Assembly: GCA_963822585.1 (NCBI GenBank)
Contig: CAWGIE010000007.1
Coordinates: 96,001-160,000 of the forward strand
Direction: 5' to 3'
DNA from: an uncultured bacterium
GTDB lineage: Bacteria > Auribacterota > Erginobacteria > Erginobacterales > Erginobacteraceae
DNA length: 64,000 nucleotides
Part shown: positions 42,323-51,459 of the stretch, piece after piece
Layout: each line of letters starts with the position of its first letter
Position numbering within the stretch: position 1 is the first letter of the stretch
Notes under the pieces: model-generated
The model's database searches: none
What the model was told of the DNA's origin: nothing
What the model saw: the letters and a program-made list of their open reading frames with translations, nothing else
Program-made: the position numbers and the translations under genes

Positions 42323-43129
42323 TCATCTTACAGCCGTCGCCTTGAAGAAAGTGTAGCAGAAGGTGCCGTCCTCCCCGGCGGTCCGGTAGAGGTCGGCAAT
42401 GCCTTTTTCCCACGACTCCGGATCTATCAGGCCCCGGGCGAGCGCCTGCTCCCGCACCCCCTCGACCATGGCGGTGAAGGTCTTTTTCGTGAACCCCTCC
42501 GCCAGGTCCGGGCGACTGGCGTCCGCGTAGACCATCCGGGGCGAAACCGAGACCTCCCGGAAACCGGTCTCGGCCAGAAGCGGATACAAACGCCGGCCGA
42601 TCAGGGAATCGCCCCCCGCCGCCGCCTGCAGCCGGATCAGGCATTCTATGGCCCGGCGGGCGGGGACGCTGTCCGGGTGGAAATAGGCGGAGCCGTGATC
42701 CCCCTCGATGACCGTTAAGGTTCCCCCCGGCTTGAGAACTTCCTTCAGCCGGAGCAGGGCATCCGCCGGAGAGGAAAGGTGCTCGAGAACGAAACAGACG
42801 AAGACATGATCGAAAGATTGCCGATCGAACGGCAGCCGGTAAATATCGGCCTTCTGAAAGGCGACGCTGGCCACGCCTGCCCGGGAAACCCGCTCAGCCG
42901 CCCGGTCGAGCGACTCCTCCGATTGGTCGATGGAGACGATCCGGGCCCCGGGACTGTTCCGGGCCAGTGTCACCGTCTGGGCGCCGACGCCGCAGCCCGC
43001 TTCCAGGACCAGGCTTCCCGGGGGATAGCTTGTGTCATGATGGAGCAGATCGGTGAGCGCGCCGGCCTGATCGATCAGCCGTTCGACCTCCCTGCCCGTA
43101 TAACCATGGACATACCGGTGTTCGCTCAT
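42323..43129 (-). CDS. Class I SAM-dependent methyltransferase
   Basis: VLEAGCGVG, FDHVFVCFVLEHL, LKPGG. Confidence 0.88.
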   Translation of the reverse strand: MSEHRYVHGYTGREVERLIDQAGALTDLLHHDTSYPPGSLVLEAGCGVGAQTVTLARNSPGARIVSIDQSEESLDRAAERVSRAGVASVAFQKADIYRLPFDRQSFDHVFVCFVLEHLSSPADALLRLKEVLKPGGTLTVIEGDHGSAYFHPDSVPARRAIECLIRLQAAAGGDSLIGRRLYPLLAETGFREVSVSPRMVYADASRPDLAEGFTKKTFTAMVEGVREQALARGLIDPESWEKGIADLYRTAGEDGTFCYTFFKATAVR

Positions 43130-43145
43130 GGCGGATCAATAGCTT

Positions 43146-43340
43146 GAGCTTACTTGAAAAGGTATTTTTGAGATTTTATCTAAAACAACGAAGGAATTTA
43201 CCACGAAGGTCACGAAGTACACGAAGAATAGTCGGGAAAATAAAATAAGATGTAGCTCATTTTTCAAAAACTTCGTGATCTTCGTGCCCTTCGTGGTTTC
43301 AATTGATTTTGTTTCAAAGTGATATAATTTTCGAGCAGGG
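43146..43340. repeat. CACGAAG 9-mer periodic element (43200-43297) inside CT(A/G)CTCGAAAA-type termini
   Basis: GAGCTTACTTGAAAA...TTTTCGAGCAGGG, the same ends as 16547-16755. Confidence 0.75.
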
Positions 43341-43417
43341 CATAGCTTGATTTTGACGCAGTTTACGGGTGTCCGGCAATGCCCCGGAGCGATGGAATCC
43401 GGAAAGCCGGGTCAGGC

Positions 43418-43795
43418 TTATTCCATCGTTTCCGTCACCCGGAGCAGGGCGCCGTTCGGCACGGCCCGCAGGGCGCCCGGGTCGTCCAGGAGTTTCCCGA
43501 AGACATTGACCGGGCTATAGGCCCGCGGGTTCGCATCGGTGCTGACCGGAGTCGGACCGAAGAAAACACAGAACGCCATCCCGACCGGCCAGTAGCCGAG
43601 TTCGCCGATCTCGACTTCCGCCCGGGCCTCCGGCTCCACCTTGAGCGCGACCGGGATGGGAAAATAGATCTCATCACCCCAGAGGGTTGCCGCTCCTTCC
43701 AGAGGGAGGATCTCCAGGATCTTACGGGCGGTGGGGGTGTCGAAAAGTTCGGCCCGTACTGTCACGTTATCGCCGGTGATGGTAATTATATTCAT
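43418..43795 (-). CDS. Cyclophilin-like fold protein (TM1367-like)
   Basis: TPTA..LPL..WGDEIYF..GELGYWP..FCVFFGPTP..VNVFG. Confidence 0.82.
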   Translation of the reverse strand: MNIITITGDNVTVRAELFDTPTARKILEILPLEGAATLWGDEIYFPIPVALKVEPEARAEVEIGELGYWPVGMAFCVFFGPTPVSTDANPRAYSPVNVFGKLLDDPGALRAVPNGALLRVTETME

Positions 43796-43808
43796 TCCTG
43801 GTTCGCTC

Positions 43809-44276
43809 CTATTCGGGTGTCTGTTCATTGATCGGCAGGGGCCGCACCACTATCCGGGGTCCCTCGACCGCGAGAACCTCTATCGCCGTATCGGGGGGGA
43901 TGAACGTCCCCTCGGTAACCACCGCTATCCTCTCCCCCCCGATCCGGGCGATGCCCGACGGACGGAGCTGGGAGAGCGTTCTCCCCCGCTTGCCGAGCAG
44001 CCCGCGATCTTCATCGTTCCCCGCATGGAAGCCGTCAGCCGACCGCGATTCGTTCTGTAAAATCGTCTGCCGGGCAAAACGTGAATGGGGGTTTTTCAGG
44101 GCCCGGAGGACCACGACCCAGAGGACGATGGAGAGGATGAGAAACGCCGCTACCGAGATGATCACCGCGATCTTAAACTGGTCCGGCGGGAGCAGACCGT
44201 GGAGGATGACCAGGACGACGATGATAACGGCCAGTAAGACCAGCTTCGGGATCAGGATTATCGGTTGGAGAATCAT
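43809..44276 (-). CDS. NfeD-family protein (C-terminal OB-fold)
   Basis: Two TMs, then LLGKRG..LRPSGIARI..VVTEG.FI..VEGPRIVV. Confidence 0.82.
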   Translation of the reverse strand: MILQPIILIPKLVLLAVIIVVLVILHGLLPPDQFKIAVIISVAAFLILSIVLWVVVLRALKNPHSRFARQTILQNESRSADGFHAGNDEDRGLLGKRGRTLSQLRPSGIARIGGERIAVVTEGTFIPPDTAIEVLAVEGPRIVVRPLPINEQTPE

Positions 44277-44285
44277 GGATCTGTC

Positions 44286-45206
44286 TCAATCATTCTTTTC
44301 CCGAGCATACGCGCCCCGGAGTGCCGCGTCGATCTCCTTCTCATCCGCACCGGGACGGGGAACGTGATCAAAGAGTTCCCATTCCTCCCGGTGTTCCACT
44401 GTCTCCCCCGGCCGAAGGTGCGTCAAGGGGGAGAGGGTTTCCATCTCGAGCATGTAGTCGTTGGTATAGGTCTCGTAGGAGACGCCGAAGTCGGGATACC
44501 GGACGGCGGGGAAATGAGTATGCCTCTTCAGGAAAAGCCTTCCCCGGTTGAAATAAGCCGCCCATTCTTCCCGGCCGGGAATTCCCAGTTTGAACGGCTC
44601 CGATGTCTCCGGATCCTGCCGGAGGAGGATATACCGGTCTCCCCACCTGACCCGGGGATCGTCCATCCGGCTGTAAGGCCAGAGGGCGATCAGGCGGTCG
44701 GGGAGGAGCCCGGCGGCTTTTTCCGGCTGAGGGATCACTTCCAGTCCCCCCGGGGCCATGACCGTGATCGCCCAGGCGGCCAGCTCCACCGGCCAGAGTC
44801 CCCGGTTGGTCAGACGATGCCGGAGCTCGACCCGGCTCCCCCGGGGGGAGAGGCGGAGTTCCAGTTCTTTCCCGATCCCGGTACCGGACTCCACCGACTG
44901 TTCCAGGGAGATCCCGCCCTGGATTTCGCGCCAGGCGACCTCGCTGTTATCCGGCCGGTAGGTCCGTTCCCGGTCCTCCGGGCTGTGCCACAGACGGTGG
45001 CCGCCATACATCCGCCACTCGTCCCCGCCGGTTTGGCCCCGGTCCCCCGCGACCTCGCAGAACTCGTTCTCCTTCCCGACGAAACCGTAACGGATCACCC
45101 GCGGCCCGACGTCGGTCGTGACCACGACGTCAACCCGGCCGTTCGCCAGACGCAGGCAGTTCTCCCATTCGCCGTAAACGATCTTCTCTATTTTCACTTC
45201 TTCCAT
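44286..45206 (-). CDS. Hypothetical protein (DUF4380 / galactose mutarotase-like fold)
   Basis: VGPRVI, YGGHRLWHSPE, YPDFG, LEMETLSPL..HREEW. Confidence 0.65.
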   Translation of the reverse strand: MEEVKIEKIVYGEWENCLRLANGRVDVVVTTDVGPRVIRYGFVGKENEFCEVAGDRGQTGGDEWRMYGGHRLWHSPEDRERTYRPDNSEVAWREIQGGISLEQSVESGTGIGKELELRLSPRGSRVELRHRLTNRGLWPVELAAWAITVMAPGGLEVIPQPEKAAGLLPDRLIALWPYSRMDDPRVRWGDRYILLRQDPETSEPFKLGIPGREEWAAYFNRGRLFLKRHTHFPAVRYPDFGVSYETYTNDYMLEMETLSPLTHLRPGETVEHREEWELFDHVPRPGADEKEIDAALRGAYAREKND

Positions 45207-45222
45207 AACCTCAACCCGGGTT

Positions 45223-45337
45223 TTGCCACCAAGACACAAAGACACCAAGATACATTAGCGCCTTCGGCGCTAATATATGGTATCGGAAACAAGACATTCA
45301 ACATGCTTTTCTTGGTGCCTTGGTGACTTGGTGGCAA
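45223..45337. repeat. CACCAAG(A/G) 8-mer periodic palindromic element with internal mini-hairpin
   Basis: TTGCCACCAAGACACAAAGACACCAAG...CTTGGTGCCTTGGTGACTTGGTGGCAA; abuts the uraA stop. Confidence 0.85.
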
Positions 45338-46612
45338 TTAAACTTCCGGCAAGTCGATATCTTTTGCCTCCTCCTTCTCCCGCGGCAGGATCAGGTTCAT
45401 GACCACCCCGACGATGCCGGCCAGTCCGATACCGGAGAGGGAAAAGGTATAGATGGAAAATTGCATCCCCCCGATGCCGCTGACCAGGATCAGCGCGCAG
45501 ATGATCATGTTCCGGGGCTTCATCAGGTCCTTACCCGCCCTGACCAGCGTGTTCAGTCCTACCACCGTAATCGCCCCGAAGAGAAGGATCATGATCCCGC
45601 CCATGACCGGGGGCGGGATCGTCCGCAGAAGCGCCCCCAGCTTTCCCAGGAAAGATACCCCGATCGCGATGATCGCGCCCCAGGTCATGATCGCCGGGTT
45701 GAATATCCGGACCAGTGCCACCGCCCCCGTCACCTCGGAATAAGTGGTGTTGGGGGGGCCCCCGACCAGGGCGGCGGCCGTGGTGGCGATCCCGTCCCCG
45801 AGCAGGGTGTTCTGGATGCCGGGGTCCTCGATATAGTCCCGCCCGGTAACGCAGCCGATGGCCAGGATATCCCCGAAGTGTTCGATGGCGGGGGCGATCG
45901 CCACCGGGAAGATGTAGACGATCGCCTCCCAGTTCCAGCGGGGGAAGACAAAACCGGGAACGGCCAGCCAGGGCGCCTCCCGGAGGGGAGTGAAATCGAC
46001 CAGTCCCAATAGGAGCGAGAGCAGGTACCCGGCGAGGATGCCGCAGATGACCGGGATCAGCCGGATCAGCCCTTTTCCCAGGAGGGAGACCGTGATGCTG
46101 GTAAAGAGGGCAACCGCGGCTACCAGCAGGGCCAGGCCGGGGGAGACCAGAACGGTCCCCCCGTCCCCGCTTTTGCCCATGGCCATGTTGACGGCGACGG
46201 GGGCGAGGATGAGCCCGATGACCATGATCACCGGGCCGGTGACGACCGGCGGAAGAAGCCGGCGGAGGAAGCCGCTTCCCTTCCAGCGGATCACCAGGCT
46301 GAGAATCACGTAAAAAACGCCCGCCGCCGCCAGACCGCAGAGGGTGGAGGGGATCCCCCACGCCTTCACCCCATAGATGATGGGGGCGATAAAGGCGAAG
46401 GAAGAGGCCAAAAAAATCGGCACTTTTCCCCGGGTCACCGCCTGGAAGATCAGGGTGCCGAGGCCGGCGGTGAAGAGAGCGACCCGGGGATCGAGACCGG
46501 TGAGCAGGGGGACCAGGACCAGAGCCCCGAAAGCGACAAAGAGCATCTGGGCGCCGACCAGACAGTCACGGAAGCGAAACCGGTACTCGGTGGAATGAAT
46601 GGAAGAGGTCAT
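45338..46612 (-). CDS. uraA: Uracil permease (NCS2)
   Basis: QMLFVAFGALVLVP, FLASSFAF, IEHFGD, PPNTTYSEVTG. Confidence 0.88.
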   Translation of the reverse strand: MTSSIHSTEYRFRFRDCLVGAQMLFVAFGALVLVPLLTGLDPRVALFTAGLGTLIFQAVTRGKVPIFLASSFAFIAPIIYGVKAWGIPSTLCGLAAAGVFYVILSLVIRWKGSGFLRRLLPPVVTGPVIMVIGLILAPVAVNMAMGKSGDGGTVLVSPGLALLVAAVALFTSITVSLLGKGLIRLIPVICGILAGYLLSLLLGLVDFTPLREAPWLAVPGFVFPRWNWEAIVYIFPVAIAPAIEHFGDILAIGCVTGRDYIEDPGIQNTLLGDGIATTAAALVGGPPNTTYSEVTGAVALVRIFNPAIMTWGAIIAIGVSFLGKLGALLRTIPPPVMGGIMILLFGAITVVGLNTLVRAGKDLMKPRNMIICALILVSGIGGMQFSIYTFSLSGIGLAGIVGVVMNLILPREKEEAKDIDLPEV

Positions 46613-46631
46613 ATAAATGTGCTCCCTTCAG

Positions 46632-46846
46632 TCGCGCATTTATGCAGGATCGTCCCTCACTCCGATTCCTTCGACAAGCTCAGGATCTTCGATAGGACTT
46701 GCGGCAGTTGTAGTAGATGTAGTATCGCCTTGCCGGAGGCAAGGCTTGCTGAGGTGCAAGGAAGCGATCCTACAATTCCTACAAAGAATGCCAAAGGCAT
46801 TCTGATCCTACAAGTCCTGTCGCGAAAGCGAAAGGACGATTCTACA
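46632..46846 (+). repeat. 200-bp GTAG-linker hairpin-array element, copy 3, with nested CCTTCGACAAGCTCAGG
   Basis: Aligns with 8970-9173. Confidence 0.85.
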
Positions 46847-46923
46847 CCCTGAATTTCTCTATACCAAACTTCCAAAGCGATACTTATAATAATATACTAT
46901 CCCATAAGAATTGTTAACCGGAT

Positions 46924-46975
46924 TTATCCATTTAACCCTGTATCCCGCATCCTTTATCCTGTATCCTATATCCCC
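46924..46975. repeat. GTATCCT-type 7-mer tandem repeat, single arm
   Basis: CTGTATCCCGCATCCTTTATCCTGTATCCTATATCC. Confidence 0.6.
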
Positions 46976-47032
46976 TATTTCGAAGCCGCGCCGGAACGGC
47001 TTTTACCGGTTATCACCCGGGAAGGAACAATC

Positions 47033-48340
47033 ATGAAAACATATCGGTCGGAATACAAGAAAAGACTGACCACGCCGGATGACGCCGTGAAAGGCATCGG
47101 AAACGGCGAAACTATCGTTTATGGGATGAGCGTCGCTCAACCCCCGGCGCTCCTGGCCGCGGTTGCCGCGCGCGCCCGGGCGGATGACCTGAGAGATATC
47201 AAGCTCTACTCGTTCCTTCCCCTCAAGCACGCCCTGGAGACGGTCCTCGATCCCTACCTGGCGGACTGCATTGAAAATCTCTCCTGGTTCGTGGGGGGGG
47301 CGGACCGCCGCCTGGTTAAGACCGGCCTCACCTATCATGTCCCGACCTATCTCCACCAGATCCCCCGGCTCTGCCGCGACTTCATGGAGATAGACACGGT
47401 GATGACCACGGTCTCCCCGATGGACAAAGCGGGTTATTTTACCTTCGGGACCGGAAACGACTACATCTCGACGGCGGCGCGGCACTGTAAGCGTTTGATC
47501 GTGGAAGTGAACGAAAACATGCCCCGGGTATTCGGGGATTCACTCCTCCACATCACCGAAGTCGACGCGATCGTCGAGAACACCGTCCCCCTGATCGAGA
47601 TGCCGCCGCCGGCGCCCCGGCCGGAAGACGAGATCATCGGTCCGAAGCTGGCGGAAATGGTCCCGGACGGGGGCGTCCTCCAGCTGGGGATCGGTGGCCT
47701 CCCCAACGCGATCACCCGCTATCTCACCGGACACAAGGACCTGGGGATCCATACCGAACTACTCACGCCCGGGATGATCGATCTCCTGGAAAAGGGGGTG
47801 ATCACGGGCCGGAGGAAAAATCTCCACCCGATGAAGAACGTCTTTACCACCGCCTCCGGAACGAAAAGAATGTACGAGTTCATGGACGACAACCCTTCCA
47901 TGGAGAGCTACCCGGCATCTTACGTCTGCAGTCCGGCTGTCATCGCCCGCAACGACAACATGATCGCCGTCAACGCTATCCTGGAGGTCGACCTGCTCGG
48001 ACAGGCCAACGCCGAATACCTGGGAGGAACAACTTACAGCGGGACCGGCGGACAGCTTGACTTTATCCGGGGCGCCTTCGACTCCCGGGGGGGGAAGGCG
48101 GTCCTGACGTTTTATTCAACCGCCAAAAAGGGAACGATCTCCCGGGTCGTCCCCCGCCTGAAGGAGGGTTCGATCGTCACCACCCCCCGGAACGACGCCT
48201 TCTACCTGGCCACCGAATACGGCGTGGTCAATTTGAAGGGCAAGAGCACCAAGGAAAGAGCCCTCGCCATCATCAGCCTCGCCCATCCCCGGTTCCGGGA
48301 TGGGCTTATGAGAGAAGCGGAGAACATGTACATTATATAA
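47033..48340 (+). CDS. Acetyl-CoA hydrolase/transferase (4-hydroxybutyrate CoA-transferase type)
   Basis: VSPMDKAGYF, LQLGIGGLPNA, LGIHTE, SGTGGQLDF, TEYG..LAHP.FR. Confidence 0.9.
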   Translation: MKTYRSEYKKRLTTPDDAVKGIGNGETIVYGMSVAQPPALLAAVAARARADDLRDIKLYSFLPLKHALETVLDPYLADCIENLSWFVGGADRRLVKTGLTYHVPTYLHQIPRLCRDFMEIDTVMTTVSPMDKAGYFTFGTGNDYISTAARHCKRLIVEVNENMPRVFGDSLLHITEVDAIVENTVPLIEMPPPAPRPEDEIIGPKLAEMVPDGGVLQLGIGGLPNAITRYLTGHKDLGIHTELLTPGMIDLLEKGVITGRRKNLHPMKNVFTTASGTKRMYEFMDDNPSMESYPASYVCSPAVIARNDNMIAVNAILEVDLLGQANAEYLGGTTYSGTGGQLDFIRGAFDSRGGKAVLTFYSTAKKGTISRVVPRLKEGSIVTTPRNDAFYLATEYGVVNLKGKSTKERALAIISLAHPRFRDGLMREAENMYII

Positions 48341-48393
48341 AATCCGCTCCGGCCCGATTTGTGACAAATCGGGCATGAGCGGATTTTATATAA
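48333..48393. repeat. 61-bp near-perfect palindrome overlapping the CoA-transferase stop
   Basis: TTATATAAAATCCGCTC-CG-GCCCGATTTGT-G-ACAAATCGGGC-AT-GAGCGGATTTTATATAA. Confidence 0.85.
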
Positions 48394-48465
48394 ATTATTC
48401 CTCGACAACCCTGATATATATGGTTCGTGCTTGTTGACCGGACAAAATCAGTGATGTAAGCGAGC

Positions 48466-48523
48466 AATTCCTACAAGGCGGAGCCGATACTACAAGCCCC
48501 CGCAGGCGCGGGGGCGATCCTAC
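48466..48523. repeat. Partial GTAG-linker hairpin array
   Basis: CTACAA-GGCGGAGCC-GATACTACAA-GCCCCCGC..GCGGGGGC-GATCCTAC. Confidence 0.7.
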
Positions 48524-48528
48524 CTGAC

Positions 48529-49653
48529 TCAGCGCCTGCGGCGCTGAGTCAGTACCGCCTCAATCACCGCCCCCAGCCGGCGGTCGAAGGTTTCCTCCGA
48601 AAATTCGCCGGCCGCCCGGAGGCGCCCGGCTTGCCCCATCCGCGCCGCCCGGTCCGGATCGGCGAGAACGTCCGCTATCGCGGCGGCCAGGGCGCCGGGA
48701 TCGCGGGGAGGAACCAGAAAACCGGTCTCTCCGTCAACCACCAGCTCGGGGATGACCCCGACCCGGGTGGCGACGACCGGGCGCCCGGCGGCCATGTACT
48801 CTCCCACCGCCCGCGAATTTTCTTCACTCCCGATCGAGGAGGAAACGCAGACCGCGGCGGAAGCGAGAAACCGGGGAATGTCTTCCCTCCGGCCGGCAAA
48901 GACCACCGCTCCGCCGATCCCCAGCTCCTCCGCCTGCCTCCGCAGCCGGCCGGGCTGCCCTTCCCAGGGATTACCCACCAGCACCAGCACCGCCCGGGGA
49001 AACCGGCGATGAACGGAAGCCATCGCTTCCATCAAGTGGTCGTGTCCCTTGACCGGGGCCAGGCGGGCGACCTTGACAATGAGCGGCGATCCTCCAGGCA
49101 CTCCGAGCTCCCGGAAGAGATCGGGGTCGGGGGGGGCGGGGCGGAAACGTCCGATATCGACCGGAGCCAGAATCCGGTGAACCCGTTCGGCGGGCACGTG
49201 CAGATGTTTCCGGACCCATCCTTCCACCCTCGAGGAGGAGACGATCACCCCGTCCGTCAGGTGCCGGTAAAGATACCGGTTGAAGGGATGGCCGTACGGC
49301 TTCTTGGCCCCACCCCGGAGATGAAGCAGAGGGACTCTTTTCCAGACGGCGCAGCCGGTCAGAAAGTGGGCGGTCGCCCGGGAGGAATGAATAATATCGA
49401 AGCCGCCACGGCCGATCAGACGGGCAAGCCAGGCCAGGTCTCTCATGAAATCGACCGGGGAGCGGGAAGGAGCCGGGCCCGGAAGTTCCAGCACGCGGAC
49501 CGCTGAGGCGAGCTCACCGGTGAAGGCGCTATCCGGGGGCGCCACCACGGTGACGTCCATGCCCATCCGTATCTCGGCCTTCACCAGGCCGGCGGCATAT
49601 TCCGTTTCCCCGTTCCAGCGGGAGGAATGGGTAACAAGTAATGACTTCCTCAT
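48529..49653 (-). CDS. GT4-family glycosyltransferase
   Basis: VARLAPVKG, EENSRAVGEYMAAGRPVVATRVG..ELV.DGETG. Confidence 0.88.
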   Translation of the reverse strand: MRKSLLVTHSSRWNGETEYAAGLVKAEIRMGMDVTVVAPPDSAFTGELASAVRVLELPGPAPSRSPVDFMRDLAWLARLIGRGGFDIIHSSRATAHFLTGCAVWKRVPLLHLRGGAKKPYGHPFNRYLYRHLTDGVIVSSSRVEGWVRKHLHVPAERVHRILAPVDIGRFRPAPPDPDLFRELGVPGGSPLIVKVARLAPVKGHDHLMEAMASVHRRFPRAVLVLVGNPWEGQPGRLRRQAEELGIGGAVVFAGRREDIPRFLASAAVCVSSSIGSEENSRAVGEYMAAGRPVVATRVGVIPELVVDGETGFLVPPRDPGALAAAIADVLADPDRAARMGQAGRLRAAGEFSEETFDRRLGAVIEAVLTQRRRR

Positions 49654-49698
49654 GACGAATAATTGATACCCTGAGTGCAGCCCGGGTGATGACAGCAA

Positions 49699-49795
49699 GG
49701 AGTGGTGGAGTGATGGAATGATGGAGTAATGGGTCCCGGCGCGGCCGGCGGACTTTTCCACCACTCCAATACTCCATCACTCCAGTACTCCATTA
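49699..49795. repeat. ATGGAGTA 8-mer periodic palindromic element
   Basis: GGAGTGGTGGAGTGATGG...CCACCACTCCAATACTCCATCACTCCAGTACTCCATTA; last unit contains the GT2 stop. Confidence 0.85.
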
Positions 49796-50590
49796 TGTCT
49801 TTCCCGTAACCCGATCTACTGATCGGGATTTTTTCATCTTCTGCTGTTCACTCCTGGTCAACTCCCAGAGCTTCGCGTGTTTCTCGGCGACATAATATGA
49901 GGAGAGGATGGCCGAGACAAGGCCGCGGTCGCCGTCGAGGAAACCCAGACGAAAAATGTAGTTTCGGCAGAAGTTATAAAGCGGGTGGAATAAAATAGTG
50001 GCGGCTCTTCCTTTCCGCCCCCGCCGGAAGTACTTGCGGGCGCCCCAGGTCGCGTACCGGTGGGCCTTCTCGGTAAATTCATCGATCGTTCGATGAGTAT
50101 AATGATCGAGCCGATTCCGGAACAGTCCCGGCGTGTCCGCGGGGAGAAGGACGGGATGAACTTCGTCATCGCTGAAGCGGTATCCGTCTCTCCGGAAGAG
50201 GATATTATTCTGATCCCGCTGCCAGCCCCCGTGCTTCATCTCCCGGCCCAAAAAAATACCCCGCCGGAAGACCCGATATTTGCCGTAACGGGGATTTTTC
50301 ATCTCCTCCCGGATTTCGTCGCGGAGCGCCGGCGGCATTACTTCATCAGAGTCGATGATCATAATCCAGGGATGGGAAGCCTGGGGGATGGCCCAGTTCC
50401 TCTGGGCGGATGCCGAACGATACTCGTGTTCGAGTATCCGGTCGGCATACTTGCGGGCCCGTTCCACCGTCCGGTCGGTGCTTCCGGAATCGACCACGAT
50501 CATTTCATCCGCCCAGCGTACGCTGGCCAGACACTGCTCGATCTCATTCTCCCGATTCATGCAGGTAATGATGGCCGTGATTTTCTCCAC
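49793..50590 (-). CDS. GT2 beta-1,4-glucosyltransferase (WaaE/KdtX-like)
   Basis: VVDSGSTDRT, QRNWA, IDSDE, VHP, LGFLDG; GTG start with AGGAGG RBS. Confidence 0.85.
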   Translation of the reverse strand: MEKITAIITCMNRENEIEQCLASVRWADEMIVVDSGSTDRTVERARKYADRILEHEYRSASAQRNWAIPQASHPWIMIIDSDEVMPPALRDEIREEMKNPRYGKYRVFRRGIFLGREMKHGGWQRDQNNILFRRDGYRFSDDEVHPVLLPADTPGLFRNRLDHYTHRTIDEFTEKAHRYATWGARKYFRRGRKGRAATILFHPLYNFCRNYIFRLGFLDGDRGLVSAILSSYYVAEKHAKLWELTRSEQQKMKKSRSVDRVTGKT

Positions 50591-50712
50591 TGTTATTTTC
50601 CTCCTAACCATTTTCCTTCGCAAAATAGTATCATAATCTTATTCTTCCTGTGGAAAAAAGCGGGATTGTCGGCTATGGTGAACGTATTGCCTGAATAAAA
50701 TCAGGGTCGGCT

Positions 50713-51459
50713 TTGTTTAAAACGAAAAAAAAAGGACCTGCCGTGAACTTACCAAGGCGAAATTATCTCCGAAAACTACTGGTCTACCTGGTCATTCCCC
50801 TGCTCCTTTCCGCCCTCTTCATCGCCGGTTACTATTTCGGGAATCTCCGGATCCAGGAGGTGATCGCTCCCCGGATGAACCGGGAATACGGCCTGCTGGA
50901 AAATCTTCAAAATCTTTTCCTGCTGGCGATGATCGCCCTGACCGCCTATGGGCTGTACCGGAAACGCCTGCTCTTCGAGAAAATCCTGCTGGTCATGGTG
51001 CTGCTCGGGGGGATCTTCCTTCTTCTGGAAGAAGTCGATTACGGTCGCCTCCATTATCGATACCTGATCGGCAACCCGGTCGAGGATCGGGGAAAGGACA
51101 GAAACACCGACCTGAACCTGCATAACCGGGGCAACCTCAACCAGGTTTTCAAGCACACCCTGGATTTCGGGATGATAGCCTTTTTTGTCCTCTTCCCGCT
51201 GGCGACGGGGAAGAGCCGGCACCGGATGGTGCGTTACTTGCGTCCCGATCCCTGGTTCATCATAACCATGGTGATAACACTCCTGGCCTCCCGGACCGCC
51301 AAGGCTTTTAGCGGCATGGGACTGGGCGGGGACGGGGGGCTCCAGTCAAATACCGCCGAGTTCCGCGAACTCCTCGTCTATTATATTTTCCTGGTTTATA
51401 TCTGGGAACTGATCTTTCGGCGCCGTTACCGGAGCGATCCGGAGAAAAAGCCGGAATGA
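50713..51459 (+). CDS. Hypothetical integral membrane protein
   Basis: EYGLLENLQ, LEEVDYG, NLHN, EFRE motifs; multi-TM; start may be GTG 50743. Confidence 0.65.
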   Translation: MFKTKKKGPAVNLPRRNYLRKLLVYLVIPLLLSALFIAGYYFGNLRIQEVIAPRMNREYGLLENLQNLFLLAMIALTAYGLYRKRLLFEKILLVMVLLGGIFLLLEEVDYGRLHYRYLIGNPVEDRGKDRNTDLNLHNRGNLNQVFKHTLDFGMIAFFVLFPLATGKSRHRMVRYLRPDPWFIITMVITLLASRTAKAFSGMGLGGDGGLQSNTAEFRELLVYYIFLVYIWELIFRRRYRSDPEKKPE

